A stretch of DNA of 61,982 nt, counting the filler, from Deltaproteobacteria bacterium (GTDB taxonomy: Bacteria > JAUYMQ01): the NCBI GenBank assembly GCA_030698575.1. It is 9 parts of 9 records of this genome, joined end to end, with 100 filler letters (N's around TTAATTAATTAA, not from the genome) between each part and the next. Parts side by side here need not be neighbours in the genome. Positions count along the whole stretch, not along the records: positions 1 to 2,552 come from JAUYMQ010000457.1; positions 2,653 to 9,582 come from JAUYMQ010000458.1; 7 more parts are not named here. One strand, written 5' to 3'. Shown one piece after another: positions 1 to 9,682 of this stretch (positions are counted from its first letter, which is position 1; each line of letters begins with the position of its first letter). The notes under the pieces were generated by a model, which was not told the DNA's origin, did no database searches, and saw only the letters and a list, made by a program, of their open reading frames with translations. The position numbers and the translations under genes were made by a program.

Positions 1-2
1 TG

Positions 3-746
3 CGCCTGTGGTGGTTGAGCGCGATGTGTATGCTGGCCCTCGGCGCGGTGCCGGGATGCAACGAGTCCGGAGTGGTGGCAGAGTCGCCCCCTCCGGCTCC
101 CACCGTCAAGTCGCCGGACAGGGTCGAAAGCGGGAGCCGGAGGGTATCCAGCTACTATGCGCCTGGGAATCCCTACGTGTTGCAGAGTATCGACGAATTG
201 CTTGCACGCCGGGACGTCGCGACTATCGTTGGGAACTTCGAGAGGAGCGGGTTCGAACTCGTGCGCGCTGAATGTCTCGTGCTCGAGGAACGCGGACCGG
301 AGGGTGAGGCCAGGGTAACCGTACTGACGTTGGCGCCGCTAATGCCCGGCGTGTCCGAGACCGTGTTGATTGCGTGTGTGGAACAGAACGGGGAGATAGT
401 CATTGCGCCGGCAGCGTTCAGGGGATCGCCGGGTGAGCATCCCGATGACTTCCTGCAGATGGGTGAGAACCTGTGGGTCAGCCGCTCACCGCTGGGGCCG
501 GCGCTGGCGGCGGCCGATGTGGCGCAGGTCGACGACGAGTTCTGGATTCGGATCCTGAATTGCATCAACGTCAGCGTTCCGGCAGCCGCGGGGGCGTGTC
601 TCGTTACGTGCTGGTTCACCCTCGGCGAGTACCCCATCTGTGTGATCTCGTGCGTCGCGGCGCAATCGGCCGCCGTGGTCATTCGCTGTTATATCCAGGT
701 CGCGACCACGATGCCGATCAAGCCCAAGATCCCGAAACAGGACTGA
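3..746 (+). CDS. Hypothetical lipoprotein with a C-terminal hydrophobic Cys-rich (halocin C8-like) domain; probably 5'-truncated at the window edge
   Basis: Frame is open from base 3 (RLWWLSAMCMLALGAVPG-C, lipobox-like). The C-terminus carries 6 Cys including CLVTC and CVISC. Stop at 744-746. Confidence 0.7.
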   Translation, partial: RLWWLSAMCMLALGAVPGCNESGVVAESPPPAPTVKSPDRVESGSRRVSSYYAPGNPYVLQSIDELLARRDVATIVGNFERSGFELVRAECLVLEERGPEGEARVTVLTLAPLMPGVSETVLIACVEQNGEIVIAPAAFRGSPGEHPDDFLQMGENLWVSRSPLGPALAAADVAQVDDEFWIRILNCINVSVPAAAGACLVTCWFTLGEYPICVISCVAAQSAAVVIRCYIQVATTMPIKPKIPKQD

Positions 747-845
747 GCCTCTTCCTCCCTCTCCGCAAAGGGTGCGCCCGGTGGGGCTTCCGGGCGCACC
801 GCTCCCCTGCTCTTGATAGCGGCGCCGAAGTCGCGAACTCACCGC

Positions 846-873
846 TTGACTCCATTCAAGACAATGATATCCT
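846..873 (+). promoter_or_regulatory. Sigma70-like promoter of the Rrf2 gene overlapped by a putative operator
   Basis: TTGACT (846-851), 16 nt, TGn-TATCCT (868-873). Quasi-palindrome AAGAC-N6-ATCCT at 858-873. Confidence 0.5.
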
Positions 874-924
874 CAACTGTGATTACGAGTGGTGTTTACC
901 ACAATTTACGCTGGAGGCGAAGAA

Positions 925-1350
925 GTGCTTTCACGATCCGGTATCCACGCGGTTCGCGCGCTGGTGGCTCTGGCAAACGTTTCCGACGGAGACTACAAGG
1001 GTGCGGCGTTATTGGCCGACGAAACCGATGCTCCACCGAACTACCTCGGGAAACTGCTCCAGGCGTTGTCGCGAGAGGGGCTCGTCGAGTCGCAGAAGGG
1101 GCTGGGAGGCGGGTTTCGTCTCGCGCGGGCTCCCGAGGAAATCACCATGTACGACGTGGTGAGGTCAATCGAGGACATCCGGCGCTGGACACAGTGTCTC
1201 TTCGGAGGAGACGGTTGCTCGGATGGAAACCCGTGCGCCGTCCATCACCGCTGGGCGGTGGTCCGGGAAAGCTACCTCGAGATGATGAAGACGACGCGGC
1301 TGGTCGACCTGCTACCAACTGAGAATCATCGCGGAACTAACCCACTGTAA
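925..1350 (+). CDS. Rrf2-family transcriptional regulator (Fe-S type)
   Basis: GGAGG then GTG start (MLSRSGIHAVRALVALA). wHTH motif YLGKLLQAL...SQKGLGGGFRLAR and C-x6-C-x5-C-x2-H ligand motif. Confidence 0.92.
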   Translation: MLSRSGIHAVRALVALANVSDGDYKGAALLADETDAPPNYLGKLLQALSREGLVESQKGLGGGFRLARAPEEITMYDVVRSIEDIRRWTQCLFGGDGCSDGNPCAVHHRWAVVRESYLEMMKTTRLVDLLPTENHRGTNPL

Positions 1351-1461
1351 ATCGGGGCACCCGCCAACTACCTGGGATGGTCGTGCATGCAACGGTGCCG
1401 CTCCTGTGGGGTCTGCGCACGTTTCGCCGCAAAGATTTCTAGTCGCCGGCCCGTTGTCGTG

Positions 1462-2550
1462 TCAATCGCCCGCGAACGTGGCTCCGTCCCGCGCCATGCG
1501 CCGCAGTAGTGGGCTGGGGCGGTAGCGGTCTTCCCCGTACTCGCCCTGCAAGTCACAGAGCGTGTCGAGCACGCGCTCCACACCCACCTCGTCCGCCCAG
1601 TGCAGAAGACCCTTGGGGTAGTTGACACCCTTGACCATGGCCAGGTCGATATCCTGGCGCGTCGCGACGTTCCAGAACAGTGCGTCGGCGGCCTCGTTGA
1701 TCAGCATTGAGAGCACACGCGTGAGAATCCGGCGTCCCAGCTTCTCGTCCTCGTGCGGGCGCGGGTTGACGGCGCCTTCGGCATAGTCGTAGAAGCCGCG
1801 GCCGGATTTTCGGCCCAGGAAGCCCGCTTCGACGAGGCGCTTCTGCGTGAACGAGGGCTTGTACCGGGGGTCGCAGAAGAACGCGGTGAACACCGTCTCG
1901 GTCACGGTATAGTTGATGTCGTTGCCAATCAGGTCCATCAGCTCGAACGGCCCCATGCGGAAGCCGCCGAACGTCTTCATTGCCCAGTCGATCGTGGCCG
2001 CGTCGGCTATGCCCTCCTCGAGAATCCTCAGGGCTTCCCCGTAGTACGGCCGCGCGACGCGGTTGACGATGAATCCGGGCGTGTCCTTCGCGAGCACGCT
2101 GGTCTTGCCCCATGAATCCACCAGCGAGCGCGTCTCTGCAACCACCGCGGGGTCGGTGCGCACGCCCGGCACCACCTCCACCAGGGGCATCAGCGGCGCG
2201 GGGTTGAAAAAGTGCATGCCCAACACGCGCTCGGCCCCCTTGCACGCCGACGCGATGGACGCGATGGAGAGCGACGACGTGTTGGTCGCGAGGACCGCAT
2301 CGTCCGCGACGACGTTCTCCAGACCCGCAAAAAGCGATTTCTTGACGGCGGGGTCTTCGACCACCGCCTCGATCACCAGTCCGCACCCGCGCAAGTCTTC
2401 CAGCGCGCCTACAAACTCGACGCGCGCATGGATCGTATCGGCTTCACCAGCGCCGAGCTGTCCCTTCTCGACCTGGCGGTCGAGAATCCTGCGCAGAGAC
2501 GCGCGCGAGCGTTCGCACGCGTCTGCGTTCGTGTCGAAGACGCGCGCGGC
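1462..2550 (-). CDS. 3-hydroxyacyl-CoA dehydrogenase (PaaH/Hbd-like), 5'-truncated by contig end
   Basis: VIEAVVED, LATNTSSLSI, GMHFFNPAPLMPLVEVV, DTPGFIVNR and MGPFELMDLIG motifs. Frame stays open to the contig edge. Confidence 0.93.
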   Translation of the reverse strand, partial: AARVFDTNADACERSRASLRRILDRQVEKGQLGAGEADTIHARVEFVGALEDLRGCGLVIEAVVEDPAVKKSLFAGLENVVADDAVLATNTSSLSIASIASACKGAERVLGMHFFNPAPLMPLVEVVPGVRTDPAVVAETRSLVDSWGKTSVLAKDTPGFIVNRVARPYYGEALRILEEGIADAATIDWAMKTFGGFRMGPFELMDLIGNDINYTVTETVFTAFFCDPRYKPSFTQKRLVEAGFLGRKSGRGFYDYAEGAVNPRPHEDEKLGRRILTRVLSMLINEAADALFWNVATRQDIDLAMVKGVNYPKGLLHWADEVGVERVLDTLCDLQGEYGEDRYRPSPLLRRMARDGATFAGD

Positions 2551-2552
2551 AT

Positions 2553-2652
2553 NNNNNNNNNNNNNNNNNNNNNNNNNNNNNNNNNNNNNNNNNNNNTTAA
2601 TTAATTAANNNNNNNNNNNNNNNNNNNNNNNNNNNNNNNNNNNNNNNNNNNN
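2553..2652. other. Artificial contig linker (N-run/TTAATTAATTAA/N-run); identical linkers at 9583-9682, 36973-37072, 40428-40527, 44106-44205, 46841-46940, 49976-50075 and 59200-59299
   Basis: Identical 100-nt structure with stops in all frames. Genes are cut at each linker. Confidence 0.99.
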
Positions 2653-3931
2653 CGAGCTTCTCGTCGAGCATCCGGCCCGTCATCTTCGGGAACCAGTAGT
2701 AGATCCCCGCGAACAGACCCATGATGCTTCCGCCGAAGAGGACGTAGTGGATGTGCGCCACGATGAAGTAGGTGTCCTGCTGCTGCAGATCGACGGGAGG
2801 CGAGGCGTGCATCACGCCGGAGAGCCCGCCGATGATGAACATCGCCACGAAGCCCAGCGCGAACAGCATGGGGGTGGTAAGCCGAAGGCGCCCGCCCCAT
2901 ATCGTCGCTATCCAGTTAAAGATCTTCACCGCAGTCGGAACGGCGATCATCATCGTCGTGACGCTGAAGGCGCTGTCTGCCACGGGGCCAAGGCCCGTCG
3001 TGAACATGTGATGGCTCCAGACGCCGAACCCGAGGAAGCCGATAACGATCCCCGAGAAGATGACGAAGGGTGCGCCGAAGAGCGGCTTGTGCGAGAAGGT
3101 GGGCAGCACCTCGGAGACGATTCCCATGGCGGGCAGAATCAGAATGTAGACCTCGGGGTGCCCGAAGAGCCAGAACAGGTGCTGCCAGAGAAGCGGATCG
3201 GCGCCCGCTGCGGGTATGTAGAAGTTCGTCCCGAAGAATCGATCGAACTGAAGGAAGATGAGCCCCACCGTGATGATCGGGAACGCCAGGACGACCAGGA
3301 ACTGAACAACCAGGGTCATCCAGACGAAGACCGGCAGGCGCATCATCGTCATCCCCGGCGCCCGCATGTTGAGGATGGTGACGATGAAATTGACTCCCGC
3401 CATCATCGACGAGATGCCAAGGATCTGGAGCCCGAGCAACCAGAAGTCCGTGGCGTGGCCCTGCGAGTAAACCTTCGAGGTGAGGTTCGCGTACCCGAAC
3501 CAGCCAACGTCGGGCGGCTGCCCGAAGAGGAAGCTCGAGTTGAGGAAAATGGCGCCCGCGAGGAAGACCCAGTAGGAGAGGGCGTTCAGGCGCGGGAACG
3601 CCACGTCGCGCGCGCCGATCATGAGCGGGATCAGATAGTTGAAGAAGGCGGCGCCGAGCGGCATGATCGCGAGGAAGATCATCGTCGTGCCGTGCATGGT
3701 GAACATGGCGTTGTAGGTCTGCGCGCTCACCACGCTCGCCTCGGGGGTCGCGAGCTGCGTGCGTATGATGAGCGCCTCGATGCCGCCCACGATGAACAGG
3801 ATGAACGCGCTCACGCCATAGAGAATGCCAATGCGCTTGTGATCGACGGTGGTCAGCCAGCTCCAGACCCCCCGATAGTCTGCTTCGACGAGCTTCGGGA
3901 TTTTCGGGAGTGCCTCGGCCTTGGTCGACAT
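2653..3931 (-). CDS. ctaD: Cytochrome c oxidase subunit I (A1 type), 3'-truncated
   Basis: TVDHKRIGILY, FTMHGTTMIF, FWLFGHPEVY, VWSHHMF and VAHIHYV motifs. Confidence 0.97.
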
Positions 3932-4003
3932 CGACTTCTCCTTCCTTTCATCTTGACGGGGCTTGAGGCCCCTTGCCGGCGCGGGTAGGCCGCCCGTGCG
4001 GTG

Positions 4004-5017
4004 CTACTTCAGGCCCTGCAAATAGGCCACAATCGCGTCGACCTGTTCGTCGGTGAGCTCGAGTTTCGCCATCAGCGCGCCGGGCTTCACCGACTGCGGA
4101 TCGTGGATCCAGCGGGCCATGTTCTCGGGAGTATTGTCGAGAATGCCGGCGGCAATCTTGTCGCGGTTCCCCACGTGCGTGAGCTCGGGGCCGATCCGCG
4201 ACTGCGCAGGCGTTCCGTCGATGCGGTGGCAGGCGATGCAGCCGGCCGTCAGGAACGCCGTGGCGCCCTCCCTGGCCTTCGGATCCTCCGGCGCGACTGC
4301 CGGCGACTTCTCGTTTTCCGCCCACTGTTCGAAAGAACCGGCATCGTCGGCGTAAAGATCAAAGCGCATGAGTGCGTGGGAGGCTCCGCAGAACTCGGCG
4401 CACTGTCCGAAATAGTGCCCGGGTTTCTCGGCCGTGAAGGTGATCCGGTTGGTTCGGTTGGGCACGAGATCACGCTTGCCGCCGATGCGCGGGATCCAGA
4501 AGCTGTGAATGACATCGCCCGAGGCGAGGTGCAGATCCACGGGACGGCCCACCGGCACGTGGATCTCGTTGGCCGTCCTGATGCCGTACTCGGGATACTC
4601 GAAGTTCCAGAACCATTGGTGCCCGGTCACATTGATCTGAAGCGCGCCGGCAGGCGCCTCGGCTGCTACGGCGAAGATGGTCCGGATGGTAGGCACTGCG
4701 ATGAAGATGAGGATGACGGCGGGAAGGATGGTCCAGGCAATTTCCAGACGCGTGTGTCCGTGCACCTGCTCCGGCTGTTCGTGGCTCTCGGTCTTTGATC
4801 GGAACTTCAGAATGGCATAGATCAAAAGGCCCTCGACCACGATGAAGATCGCAACGGTCCACCAGAAGATCTGGACGTAAACGTCCTGGATGGCCCTTCC
4901 GTATTCCGTGACCGGGTTGATCGTCGTTCGTGCGTGGTCTACGTCGCACCCGGCGGCCACGAGCGCGAGGGCCGCGAGCGGAGGGAGAAACAACAGGAGA
5001 TGCCTGGAAAGCCGCAT
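4004..5017 (-). CDS. ctaC: Cytochrome c oxidase subunit II with fused cytochrome c (caa3 type)
   Basis: Lipoprotein signal LVAAGC, HGHTRLEIAWT, DVIHSFW, CuA motif CAEFCGASHALM and heme motif CIACH. Start taken at MRLSRHLLL. Confidence 0.95.
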   Translation of the reverse strand: MRLSRHLLLFLPPLAALALVAAGCDVDHARTTINPVTEYGRAIQDVYVQIFWWTVAIFIVVEGLLIYAILKFRSKTESHEQPEQVHGHTRLEIAWTILPAVILIFIAVPTIRTIFAVAAEAPAGALQINVTGHQWFWNFEYPEYGIRTANEIHVPVGRPVDLHLASGDVIHSFWIPRIGGKRDLVPNRTNRITFTAEKPGHYFGQCAEFCGASHALMRFDLYADDAGSFEQWAENEKSPAVAPEDPKAREGATAFLTAGCIACHRIDGTPAQSRIGPELTHVGNRDKIAAGILDNTPENMARWIHDPQSVKPGALMAKLELTDEQVDAIVAYLQGLK

Positions 5018-5347
5018 GACGGTTCGATCCTCGTTCGCGTGGTGCGCCGCGTCCCGGCACCGCCACCTTGCCTCGCTGCCGGCGGGCTGGTGCTGGGAGG
5101 ATGACGTCTGAAAAATGTTCGGCGCGGAGAATGGCTGGCCTGCATAGAGTCCCGCGCGATAGGCCTCTTTGACGCGAAGCATGAAACGGGCGGAAACCTA
5201 CTACGACGAGCCATCTCCGTCAATCCCCGGCGCGCCTCAGATGGTGGAGATTTCCCCCGGGGACCGGCAGGCCCGATGAGTGTGCTAAGGTGCTGGGCGG
5301 CCGGAGGCGGAAGCGGTCTGCGAAACGCAGAAGAAGGGAGACCGATC

Positions 5348-6370
5348 ATGAGACAGATATGGATCACGAGGACCGGGCCGCCCGAGACACTCGAGCTGCG
5401 CGAGGCGCCCGACCCGACCCCCGGACCGGGGGAAGTTCGAATCCGTTCGAAGGCATGCGGGATCAATTTCGCGGACATCATGGCCCGCATCGGCCTCTAC
5501 CCCGACGCGCCCAAGTTGCCGGCGGTCGTCGGCTACGAGGTCGCCGGGCCGGTCGACGCCGTGGGGCCGGGGGTCACGGCCGTGAAGATTGGAGACGAGG
5601 TGCTGGCGCTTACGCGCTTCGGCGGCTACAGCGACACCGTGGTCGTTTCCGAGGACCAGGCCTACGCGATTCCCGCCGGCTTCACCTGCTCGCAAGCCGT
5701 CGCGCTCCCCGTGAACTACGTCACCGCCTACCAGATGATCTTCGTCATGGGCGCCGTGAAGCCCGGCGACAAGGTGCTTGTTCACTCCGCGGGCGGGGGT
5801 GTGGGGTTCGCAGCCATCGATCTCTGTGCCATCGCGGGGGCGGAGATCATCGGAACGGCCTCGGCCGCCAAGCACGGGATGCTCCAGACGCGGGGCGTGA
5901 AGCACTGCATCGACTACCGCACGCAGGACTTCGAGGCGGAGGTGATGCGCATCACGAACGGCAAGGGGGTGGACATCATCCTCGACTCCGTGGGGGGCAA
6001 ATCATGGGCGAAGGGGTTGCGGTGCCTGCGGCCCACGGGGCGTCTCGTGGTCTTCGGCTTCTCGAATGTCGCCACGGGAAAGAAGCTGAACCCGATATCC
6101 GCCTTGCGGGGCATGCTCGCGGTGCCCTGGTTCAAGGTGAACCCCATGTGGCTCATGGACAACAACAAGGGGGTGCTCGGGGTGAACGTCGGGCATCTCT
6201 GGGAAGAGCGCGAGATGGTGGCGGGCTGGATGCGGCAGATCTTGACCTGGTGCGAGGAAGGGAAGATTCATCCGACCGTCGACAGCGAGTTCAGCTTTGG
6301 CGACGCGGCCAGGGCGCATCACCACATCCAGGATCGAAAGAACGTCGGCAAGGTGGTGCTGGTTCCCTGA
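5348..6370 (+). CDS. MDR-family NADPH:quinone oxidoreductase (VAT-1-like)
   Basis: GINFADIMARIGLYP, GYEVAG, VLVHSAGGGVG and C-terminal KNVGKVVL motifs. Confidence 0.92.
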   Translation: MRQIWITRTGPPETLELREAPDPTPGPGEVRIRSKACGINFADIMARIGLYPDAPKLPAVVGYEVAGPVDAVGPGVTAVKIGDEVLALTRFGGYSDTVVVSEDQAYAIPAGFTCSQAVALPVNYVTAYQMIFVMGAVKPGDKVLVHSAGGGVGFAAIDLCAIAGAEIIGTASAAKHGMLQTRGVKHCIDYRTQDFEAEVMRITNGKGVDIILDSVGGKSWAKGLRCLRPTGRLVVFGFSNVATGKKLNPISALRGMLAVPWFKVNPMWLMDNNKGVLGVNVGHLWEEREMVAGWMRQILTWCEEGKIHPTVDSEFSFGDAARAHHHIQDRKNVGKVVLVP

Positions 6371-6413
6371 AGCCGGGTATCACGCGCTGCTTTGGACCAT
6401 AAGGGGGAGGGTC

Positions 6414-8111
6414 TTGAAGCGCACGCTTCTCGCCATCAGTCTGATCGTGCTCCCAGCGGTCTTCTCCGGCTGCCGGTTGATCGCCCGCCTGCCGTTCTAC
6501 GTGGAGGCGAACGAGCCGCTCCCGAAAGGGGCCGCGCCCTACGAGGTCCGGCGCGAGCAACCCTATCCCCCTTCCCTGATCGACCCGGCCCTCGAGGAGC
6601 GCACGGGACTTGATCGGTCGATGCGCCAGGTGCCGGGGCTGGGCACGGTGGGAAGCGTTACAGGCCTGGGAAAGATACTGCGTCCCAAGGACGTCGCGGC
6701 CGAGAACCGCGAGAAGATCGAGCGGGCGCTCGGGCGCCCCATTCGCAAGGGGAAGGAGAAGACGAACCCCCTCCATGCGGATCCCTTCCCCGACGTCGAT
6801 GTCGTCCTCGCGCTCTCCGGCGGCGGTATGCGCGCGGCGAACCTGAGCAGCGCCGTCATGCTCGAGCTGAGCAAAGTGAAGCTCCCGGCCCGCAACGGGA
6901 GGCAGGTCACGCTGCTCGACGCGGTCGACACGATATCGAGCGTGTCGGGCGGCGGCTTCGCGGCAGCCTTCTACCTCTATCACCGCCCCGTCTTCCAGGG
7001 TAACACCGACCCGTCGAGAGCGGAGCTGCACGCCGATCTCCTCCAGGTCGCCATGCGCGAGAACATCCAGAGGCGGCTGCTCGACGCCGTGCTCATTCCT
7101 ACCAAAGTGTCCTTCTACATCCGGGGAACCACCCGGGCCACGCGAACGAATCTCTACTCGAATCTCATCGAGTATCGGCTCGTCCGGCCGCAGCGGATAG
7201 AATCGCTCGAGGCGACGCTCTATCCCCGCTGGTGGCGGAAGCGAACGATCCTCTCCGCGGTCGGGTCCTTCCTGGGCGATTTCTTCTGGATCATGGCCCC
7301 GATGACCCCTGATGATCAGTATCTCTTTGGTGCGAAAGCCCGGACCTTCGACGATCTTTACCTTCGCGCACCTGAGGACCCCAGCCTCCTCTACCCGCTG
7401 CGGCCCGAATGGATACCGAACTCCACGGACTACAACGCGCCGGTCACCGAGAACCAGTTTCTTTTCGAGAGCGACACCTTCAACCAGTTGGGGAGCGACT
7501 GGCTGAACTTCCGCGTCTCGGATGCAACCGCCGCTTCGGCCGCTTTCCCGGTCATGTTCACGCCGATGACGCTTCGGGACTGGGGTGCGGAGAAGCCGTC
7601 CTGGCAGTTTCTTTTCGACGGAGGGGTTTCTGACAATCAGGGGATGAACGGGATCCAGTGGGTCCTCCAACGCCAACCCCCGGGCCGGAAGACGGTGGTG
7701 ATCATGGTGGACGCGAGCCCGAAGTCGGGGGCTCTCCCGGGAAGGAGCACCAGCCGCCCCGGCGGCATGGCGATCACCAACCGCGCCATGGAGCGCTACA
7801 TGAACCCGGTTCGCGAGGACACGATCAAGGAGCTGCGCCAGAGGGAAAAGGGAGGGAATCTGCGTTTCTTCCATATGTCCCTCCGGCCGGACGAATTCGG
7901 CTCGCAGCTTTCGGGGGTGGACGCCGATGCGTTTGATACGGCCAACGGCGCGCCGACGGCTCTCAGCATTTCGCGCGAAAACCAGAACAGCCTCTTCGAG
8001 GTGGGCCGGGTTCTTGTCGCGCGCGATCGCGAGGCAATGCTCGAGGCGCTCCTTCCGAAGAAAGCTCCCGCGCCGGTCCCGCCCCCGTCCCCCGAAACAT
8101 CGGCGCCCTGA
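6414..8111 (+). CDS. Patatin-like phospholipase, predicted lipoprotein
   Basis: TTG start after GGGAGG; lipobox VFSGC; LSGGGMRAA, SSVSGG nucleophile elbow, ASAAFP and DGG motifs. Confidence 0.88.
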   Translation: MKRTLLAISLIVLPAVFSGCRLIARLPFYVEANEPLPKGAAPYEVRREQPYPPSLIDPALEERTGLDRSMRQVPGLGTVGSVTGLGKILRPKDVAAENREKIERALGRPIRKGKEKTNPLHADPFPDVDVVLALSGGGMRAANLSSAVMLELSKVKLPARNGRQVTLLDAVDTISSVSGGGFAAAFYLYHRPVFQGNTDPSRAELHADLLQVAMRENIQRRLLDAVLIPTKVSFYIRGTTRATRTNLYSNLIEYRLVRPQRIESLEATLYPRWWRKRTILSAVGSFLGDFFWIMAPMTPDDQYLFGAKARTFDDLYLRAPEDPSLLYPLRPEWIPNSTDYNAPVTENQFLFESDTFNQLGSDWLNFRVSDATAASAAFPVMFTPMTLRDWGAEKPSWQFLFDGGVSDNQGMNGIQWVLQRQPPGRKTVVIMVDASPKSGALPGRSTSRPGGMAITNRAMERYMNPVREDTIKELRQREKGGNLRFFHMSLRPDEFGSQLSGVDADAFDTANGAPTALSISRENQNSLFEVGRVLVARDREAMLEALLPKKAPAPVPPPSPETSAP

Positions 8112-8118
8112 GAGAGCC

Positions 8119-8469
8119 ATGCGCGCGTACAAGCGAAAACTGTCGCTCGCCGGTGCGATGCTGATTCTGGCGCCGGCGCTTCTGTGCGCCACGTCCCCGC
8201 GAGATGCCTCCCCGGCCGGCCCGGGCACCCCGGCCGCGCGCATCAATGCCAAGGAAGGAATCCACTGCTTCTGCCACCCCGCGGGTGAAGCCCGAAGCGG
8301 GGTCATTCGCGCGCCGGAAAGCCTCTCGGCCAGCGCCCACTATCTGATCGCACTGCTTGACGGGCGCCCCGACACCGTCGCCGGCCGGCTCGCGCCTGAC
8401 AGCGCCCCGTTCGCCGCCGATCAACCGGCACCCGAACCGCTGCTTCCGCCTCCCGTCCCCATCGGCTGA
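8119..8469 (+). CDS. Small secreted protein with an HCFCH motif and Pro-rich C-terminus (DUF2946/CutF-like leader candidate)
   Basis: ATG at 8119; signal-like MRAYKRKLSLAGAMLILAPALLCA; HCFCH; ends PAPEPLLPPPVPIG. Confidence 0.55.
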   Translation: MRAYKRKLSLAGAMLILAPALLCATSPRDASPAGPGTPAARINAKEGIHCFCHPAGEARSGVIRAPESLSASAHYLIALLDGRPDTVAGRLAPDSAPFAADQPAPEPLLPPPVPIG

Positions 8470-8558
8470 CACCGCCTAACTCCCGCCATCCCTGGCTTAT
8501 CGAGGATCGTGATCGAATTGATCGCGCGGCGCGTCTGCGTCCGCGCGCGGAGGCTTCA

Positions 8559-9482
8559 ATGCGACCGCACGGGGGAATCCTTTGCGTGACTTTCCTGGCA
8601 GCGGCCCTCTATCCGGCGCGCGCCGCCCTCGCTCACGGCGTCGCCGGAGAGCGAAACTTCATCGAACCTTTCGTGACCGAGGACGCCGCCGTGCAGAACG
8701 AAGCGGTGGTGCAGGGTGGATATGCGCGCCGCGACGGTCCTGATCCCTGGGCCGTGACCTACGAAATAGAGAAGAGGATCGGCGAGACCACGAGCGTGTT
8801 CATCGAGCATGGTGCCGCCTTCAACGTTGGGGGCGGCGGCGGGAGAGAAGCGCTCGAAACGGAATCGGAGAACGGAGATCACACGGAGGACGATCATCAT
8901 GACGAGAGCGCGGGAGTGGCTAGTCGCGCTTCTTCGTCCTCCTCGGGCGGACACGGGCACGGGGACGAAAGCGCGTCGGCGGGAGGAGGGGGGACGGGGG
9001 ATGGCTTCCTGAATCTCGAAGCGGGGATCAAGCAGCAGATCTTCGTGAGCGAGCGTCACGAAACGATCATCTCGCTGGCGGCGGCCGTCGTGGCGCCCAC
9101 CGGGACGGAGCGGGTAGGGGCGGAGGATCATGCCGCAATCGAGGTGCTCGGTCTATTCGCAAAGGGTTTCGGCGATCTTCCCGACGGACTCTCGGCGCTG
9201 CGTCCGCTTGCGCTGCAGGGGGACGTGGGGATAGAAACGCCGCTCGGGGACGGCCGCCCCGTGAATGAGTTCGTCTGGAACGCGGCCCTGAGCTACGACC
9301 TGCGTGTGCTGCACCAGCAGCTGGCCTTCCCGCGCGCCCTCGAACCGCTCGCGCTGGTGGCCGAGTTCAACTTCGAGACGCACCTGAACGGGCCGGCCCG
9401 GGCCGTGGCCGAGTCCTTCGTGACCGCGGGGGTGGTTTACAGCCATCGCCGTCAACTTAACGACCCCGGCGTAACCCCTTGA
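8559..9482 (+). CDS. His/acidic-loop outer-membrane beta-barrel-like protein (putative metal transporter), possibly C-terminally truncated
   Basis: Signal peptide ending ALA-HG, loop DHTEDDHHDE...GHGHG, alternating amphipathic strands. The ending (HRRQLNDPGVTP) is atypical for a barrel. Confidence 0.6.
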   Translation: MRPHGGILCVTFLAAALYPARAALAHGVAGERNFIEPFVTEDAAVQNEAVVQGGYARRDGPDPWAVTYEIEKRIGETTSVFIEHGAAFNVGGGGGREALETESENGDHTEDDHHDESAGVASRASSSSSGGHGHGDESASAGGGGTGDGFLNLEAGIKQQIFVSERHETIISLAAAVVAPTGTERVGAEDHAAIEVLGLFAKGFGDLPDGLSALRPLALQGDVGIETPLGDGRPVNEFVWNAALSYDLRVLHQQLAFPRALEPLALVAEFNFETHLNGPARAVAESFVTAGVVYSHRRQLNDPGVTP

Positions 9483-9682
9483 CAACGAATCGATTGCTGG
9501 AGGAAACATGGTTCCGACCCCCTCAGAGGGGAGGCGCCATGGCCAGGCCCGCTCAAAGACGGGGTGGGAAGAAGAAAGAGGTNNNNNNNNNNNNNNNNNN
9601 NNNNNNNNNNNNNNNNNNNNNNNNNNTTAATTAATTAANNNNNNNNNNNNNNNNNNNNNNNNNNNNNNNNNNNNNNNNNNNN

